A stretch of 63,837 nucleotides of DNA, filler included, from Nitrospirae bacterium CG2_30_53_67 (lineage in GTDB: Bacteria > CG2-30-53-67): the NCBI GenBank assembly GCA_001873285.1. It is 5 parts of 5 records of this genome, joined end to end, with 100 filler letters (N's around TTAATTAATTAA, not from the genome) between each part and the next. Parts side by side here need not be neighbours in the genome. Positions count along the whole stretch, not along the records: positions 60,211 to 63,837 come from MNYV01000042.1; 4 more parts are not named here. The stretch is one strand, 5' to 3'. Below the pieces are notes generated by a model. The model saw only the letters and a program-made list of their open reading frames with translations. It searched no databases and had not been told where the DNA came from. How positions within the stretch are numbered: position 1 is the stretch's first letter; every line of letters starts with the position of its first letter. Below are positions 60,211 through 63,837 of the stretch, piece by piece. Both the position numbers and the translations under genes were made by a program.

Positions 60211-61446
60211 AGATTCCTTGATGATGGTATCGAGGAATTCCTGTTTTATCTTCTCGCTCTCATCCGGGTATCTCAGCAGAAGGTCGGCATAGGCCTTGAT
60301 GGAGGTGAGGGGCGTCCGGAGATCATGGGCCACGGTGTCAAGGAAGTTCGTTTTTTTCCGGTCCTGTTCCTTGAGTTCCTCGTTGGTCCGTTCCAGATCA
60401 TGGGTGCGTTTTTCCACGGCTTCGGCCATGATGTTGAATCTTTGCGACAGGAGGGCGATCTCATCTCTCCCCTTGGGTTTCAGCCGGTAGGCATAATCTC
60501 CGGAGGCGATCCGTTCGGCTCCAAGGCTTAATTTTTCGATCGGTCTCATGACCCGGTATCCGAGGATCATGGCGATCCAGACCGTGCCCCATAAGATCGC
60601 CGCACCGATCAGGATCATGTTCTGTGACATGGAGGAGAAAATCGTGTCCAATTTCAGGAAGTCCGGTTCAATAAAGATCGGGAGTCCCAAGGCAGGGAGC
60701 ATGGAGCCGATCAGGAAAAGCCGGTTTTCCTCGTCATAAATTTCTTTGGTATTGAATGGATCGCCTTTGTTTTCCGCAAGGTTACGGAATCCCTCTTCGG
60801 TGTACGCCATGACCTGTCGAATGTCTCTCGAATCTATGGGCTTATTTAACGTACTGTAAAGCAGACCTTCGGATCGGTCCCGGATGCAGATACAGGCCTC
60901 TTTCAAGGGGCCTTTCAAGATCAGGTAGTTCAGTATCCGCTGAATGTCCAGAAATATGAACCCCTCTCCTGAAAAAATTCCATCGGTATCGTAATATTTT
61001 CTGGATACCCTGAGCAGAGAGCGGGTCGGATCTTTCTTGGGGATGATCCGAAGCTCCTGGTCTTTGTCCGACGGGATCAGATCATCCTTCTCCAATTTGT
61101 GAAGGCTTTCTGGGGAGGTCTTCTCCCTGGGAAGAAAAGCGGCGTTCGAGATGAATTTTTTATTCAATATGTCGGGCAGGGCTTCTTCATGATGGAGCGG
61201 ACTTTTCTCGGGGTCCTCTATGTAGTTTAGAAGATCCTGCCGGGAGAGGATAGAAAATTCATCGCAGGCATGGTCCATGAACTGGTTTAACTGGTTGACG
61301 ATCAACCAGCTATGCTCCAGCGTGCTCCTCTTCTCAAAGGAACGCATCGGCTCCCGTATGGCACTGTATGCGGCCAAGCCGTACAGCACAGCGGTGAGGA
61401 GGATCAGGAAGACAAACGAGGCGATCAGTTTGAAGCGGATCTTCAT
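60211..61446 (-). CDS. HAMP-domain sensor histidine kinase, 3'-truncated by the contig end
   Basis: Two TM helices, a periplasmic domain, HAMP (DEIALL..FN.M) and AHDLRTPLTSI. Confidence 0.9.
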
Positions 61447-61465
61447 ATGCGAACGGATAGGCCGG

Positions 61466-61627
61466 TCAATATCCCACCGAAGAGGTGATGAGAAAGACCG
61501 CGCCCCAGAGGACCAGAAAGATCCGAAGGGGGGTCAGCAGTTGAGAGAGCAGGAAACTCCCCAGGATTAAACAGACCCCCAGAACGGTCCGGATCCCCCG
61601 GTCCAATTTCCCCATGTTTGTGACCAT
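61466..61627 (-). CDS. DUF2892 (YgaP-like) membrane protein with TGA at the conserved Cys position (candidate selenoprotein)
   Basis: RBS AAGGAG. Translation MVTNMGKLDRGIRTVLGVCLILGSFLLSQLLTPLRIFLVLWGAVFLITSSVGY-TGA-PAY; not in the ORF track. Confidence 0.75.
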   Translation of the reverse strand: MVTNMGKLDRGIRTVLGVCLILGSFLLSQLLTPLRIFLVLWGAVFLITSSVGY

Positions 61628-61657
61628 CTCATTCTCCTTGTATCCGGCAGCCCGGGA

Positions 61658-62188
61658 TTATTGTTTCAAGGCCTTTTCAATGGCCCGGGGGCTGAAACCT
61701 CTGAAGATCGTTCCATCAATATCAATGACCGGGATTCCCGTATATCCATCGGACTTCTCAAGCATTTCCTGGAGTCCCTTTTTATCCTTCTCCACATTGA
61801 CCTCGGTGTACTTGATCCCGTTCGTGACGAAGAAACTCTTCGCCTGTCTGCAAGCCGGTCACCAGTCGGCCATATAGAGGATGACCTTGTGCTCCTTTGC
61901 CGCCTTTGCCTGTTGATCATCCTCTTTGGGTGCGCTTTTAAGCGACGGCTCCTCCCCGGCCTGTTTCCCGGGGGCGCTCACCGGGGTCGGGTCAAAGGTC
62001 ACGCGCCCTTTATGCTCTACCTTATCGAAATCCACGGCTTTTTCTTTAAACTTTTCCGGAATTTTTTTAGGGTCGTCGGTGAAGTGGGTCTGCCCGGAAT
62101 CATCCACCCATTGATAGATCGCAGCGCTCGAAACCGAGGAGAACAGGCAAAAAAACACTGTAATGACAACGAGATCACGAAATTTCAT
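61658..62188 (-). CDS. DUF4124-glutaredoxin fusion, candidate selenoprotein (UxxC)
   Basis: Signal peptide and IYQWVDDSGQTHFTD. VILYMADW-TGA(61859-61861)-PACRQAKSFF...GIPVIDIDG...GFS continues in frame to TAA 61658-61660. Confidence 0.88.
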
Positions 62189-62298
62189 GGCATCTCCTTT
62201 TTTATTGGGAAAAGGAACAGACGATTTTCTGATTTATTATAACCTTGCCGGTGAAACGGAATCAACCGAAAAAGATGATCTAAATCCACCAACCAGAG

Positions 62299-62465
62299 AA
62301 ACCACAGAGGACACAGAGAAAAAAACCTTTTTGCCACGAATGAACACGAATCTGCACAAAGGAACGGCTGTTTTTTGTTTGTGTCAATTCGTGGCTAAAT
62401 AGTTTTTCTTAGTGCCTTTGTGTCTTAGTGGCGAAAAAGGCTTTTCTCTGTGGTTTCTGTGGTTT
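62299..62465. repeat. Nested imperfect palindromes
   Basis: AACCACAGAG..ACAGAGAA / TTCTCTGT..TCTGTGGTT encloses GCCACGAAT / ATTCGTGGC. Confidence 0.65.
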
Positions 62466-62477
62466 GATGGTTAGAGC

Positions 62478-63503
62478 TTAGGCAGGTATCCGGAACCGGT
62501 CCAGATCCGGGTCGGCAATCGGTGCGGGAACGGAGAAAGCCTCTTCTTTCTCATGGAGATAAAGCCTCACGCGTCCCGCTCCCTGGACGTGGGCGTATTT
62601 GAGGATGATCCGGGCGATCAGCTCCCTGGCCTCATAGTCCAGTCTGCCGAGGGCCGCGCAGCTTGGACCATTGAAATCCTCGGGGATAAAGAGCGGGTGC
62701 TTTCCTTTTGCAAGGGATTCGATTCGGTTGTTTTCTTCCTCGTCTCTGCCCACGATGATCTTGAGTTCCGGGCTGAGCCTCAAGTGCCGCCCGATCTTGA
62801 GAAGGCGGATCTCCTCCATGGTGAAGTTCTCCTGGTGCAGGAACAGGTCCTTTAGCTTGGCCGCAAATTTAATATCCGTGAGCAGACAGCCCCCGGCCGG
62901 GCAGGGATAGTCCTTGATGGAGAACTCATCCGCGAGCTGCATCTGCGCCTTTCTTCCGCGGCCGGTGATCGAGAGGAGCCGGCTCCGGTCAACGATCCCC
63001 TGCTGTTCCGGGAGCGTGGGTTCCATGACCCCGGCGGAGAGCGGTCTTAAAATCCTCTGTTCGAGCCCCGACTCCCGGTCGATCAGGTTCATAGCATCCC
63101 TCCTCTGGGACATGGGGCGCTGCCCCAGGACCTCTCCGGTGATCAGAAAGGTTGCTCCGATCTCCTCCATGAAGGAAGCGGCCCTCTTGTGCATGAAGAT
63201 CCGGCAGTCCAGACAGGGGTTCATATGTTTTCCGTAGCCGAACTTCGGGTTCCGGACCATCTCGATATAATCCTTGTCCACATAGATCAGCTTGGCCGGG
63301 ATCCCGAATTCCTTGGAGATCCGGCCCGCCTCATTGCCGCAGCCGTTCTTCCGGTTACAGCAGCAGAAAGGGGTTTTGAAATTGATCGCCGTCACCTCGA
63401 TCCCCTGCATGAGCATGAGTTTCACCGCGAGGGTGCTGTCGAGCCCCCCGGACAGAAGCGCCACGGCCTTCTTGTTCATCACAAAGGCATTCTTTTCAGA
63501 CAT
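62478..63503 (-). CDS. ThiI/MnmA-like PP-loop tRNA thiouridylase family protein (DUF814-like C-terminus)
   Basis: LSGGLDS, NPCLDCRIFM, TGEVLGQRPMSQ, PAGGCLLTD and GRDEEEN motifs. Confidence 0.8.
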   Translation of the reverse strand: MSEKNAFVMNKKAVALLSGGLDSTLAVKLMLMQGIEVTAINFKTPFCCCNRKNGCGNEAGRISKEFGIPAKLIYVDKDYIEMVRNPKFGYGKHMNPCLDCRIFMHKRAASFMEEIGATFLITGEVLGQRPMSQRRDAMNLIDRESGLEQRILRPLSAGVMEPTLPEQQGIVDRSRLLSITGRGRKAQMQLADEFSIKDYPCPAGGCLLTDIKFAAKLKDLFLHQENFTMEEIRLLKIGRHLRLSPELKIIVGRDEEENNRIESLAKGKHPLFIPEDFNGPSCAALGRLDYEARELIARIILKYAHVQGAGRVRLYLHEKEEAFSVPAPIADPDLDRFRIPA

Positions 63504-63573
63504 AAAAACTCCTTCTATTAATCATCAAGATAAAGAATGGCGGCGGCAAAGTCAAGGTTAAGGTTTTTATTTT

Positions 63574-63779
63574 GGTTCTTATCACATATAGTGGTTAAGA
63601 AGGGGTCGAGGATTCCAGGGTTACGCTTCGCGTGCCCCGCTTTTCTCTATTTTTGTCGTTAGATCCCGGCATCTCCTTGAATCTATTCTTGCCGGGCCGG
63701 GACCGTCTGCGACGGCTACTACACTGAGGTATCTTGGGGTCAAGGGTTCAAGTGTTTGTTTTTCAGTGATTTGATCAGC
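63574..63779 (-). mobile_element. Partial heptamer-repeat MITE copy with doubly nested inserts
   Basis: Starts GGTTCTTATCAC; the minus strand encodes LIKSLKNKHLNP*; shares its insert with 38806-38870. Confidence 0.7.
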
Positions 63780-63837
63780 TTTGGGTTTGCGCAAAAATAA
63801 CTTGAACAATCAACCATGCCGGTGTATTATAGCAGCA

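Overview
The window is five separate contigs joined by artificial 100-nt N/TTAATTAATTAA linkers (1-20428, 20529-24856, 24957-42208, 42309-60110, 60211-63837), so genes either side of a linker are not real neighbours. Gene content suggests a Nitrospirota/deltaproteobacteria-like sulfur-cycling bacterium (inference). Housekeeping genes: rho, asnS, rluB, scpAB, trpS, mfd, SurA/PrsA-type foldases, rlmE, trxB-like. There are also many two-component and c-di-GMP genes, an oxidative-type dsrAB-dsrL operon, a selenocysteine formate dehydrogenase with a HybA/HybB-like membrane module, a VapBC-type TA pair and a CRISPR array without cas genes in view. Signals not captured by the ORF track: (1) a five-copy MITE family with GGTTC(A/T)TCTCC ends, 8-bp target duplications and heptamer repeats, carrying an identically deleted four-helix-bundle gene; (2) two tandem candidate selenoproteins (DUF4124-glutaredoxin UxxC and DUF2892 GY-U-PAY) in front of a sensor kinase; (3) a deleted group IIC-like intron inserted inside a REP element, plus the 5' end of a probable IIB intron; (4) three sigma54 promoters, two with shared 21-bp-phased enhancer boxes and one driving an unannotated 59-aa Zn-ribbon gene; (5) CRISPR trailer spacers made of heptamer repeats; (6) ISKra4-like and IS200-like miniature elements filled with REPs. 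All family assignments are from motif recognition; no database search was run.
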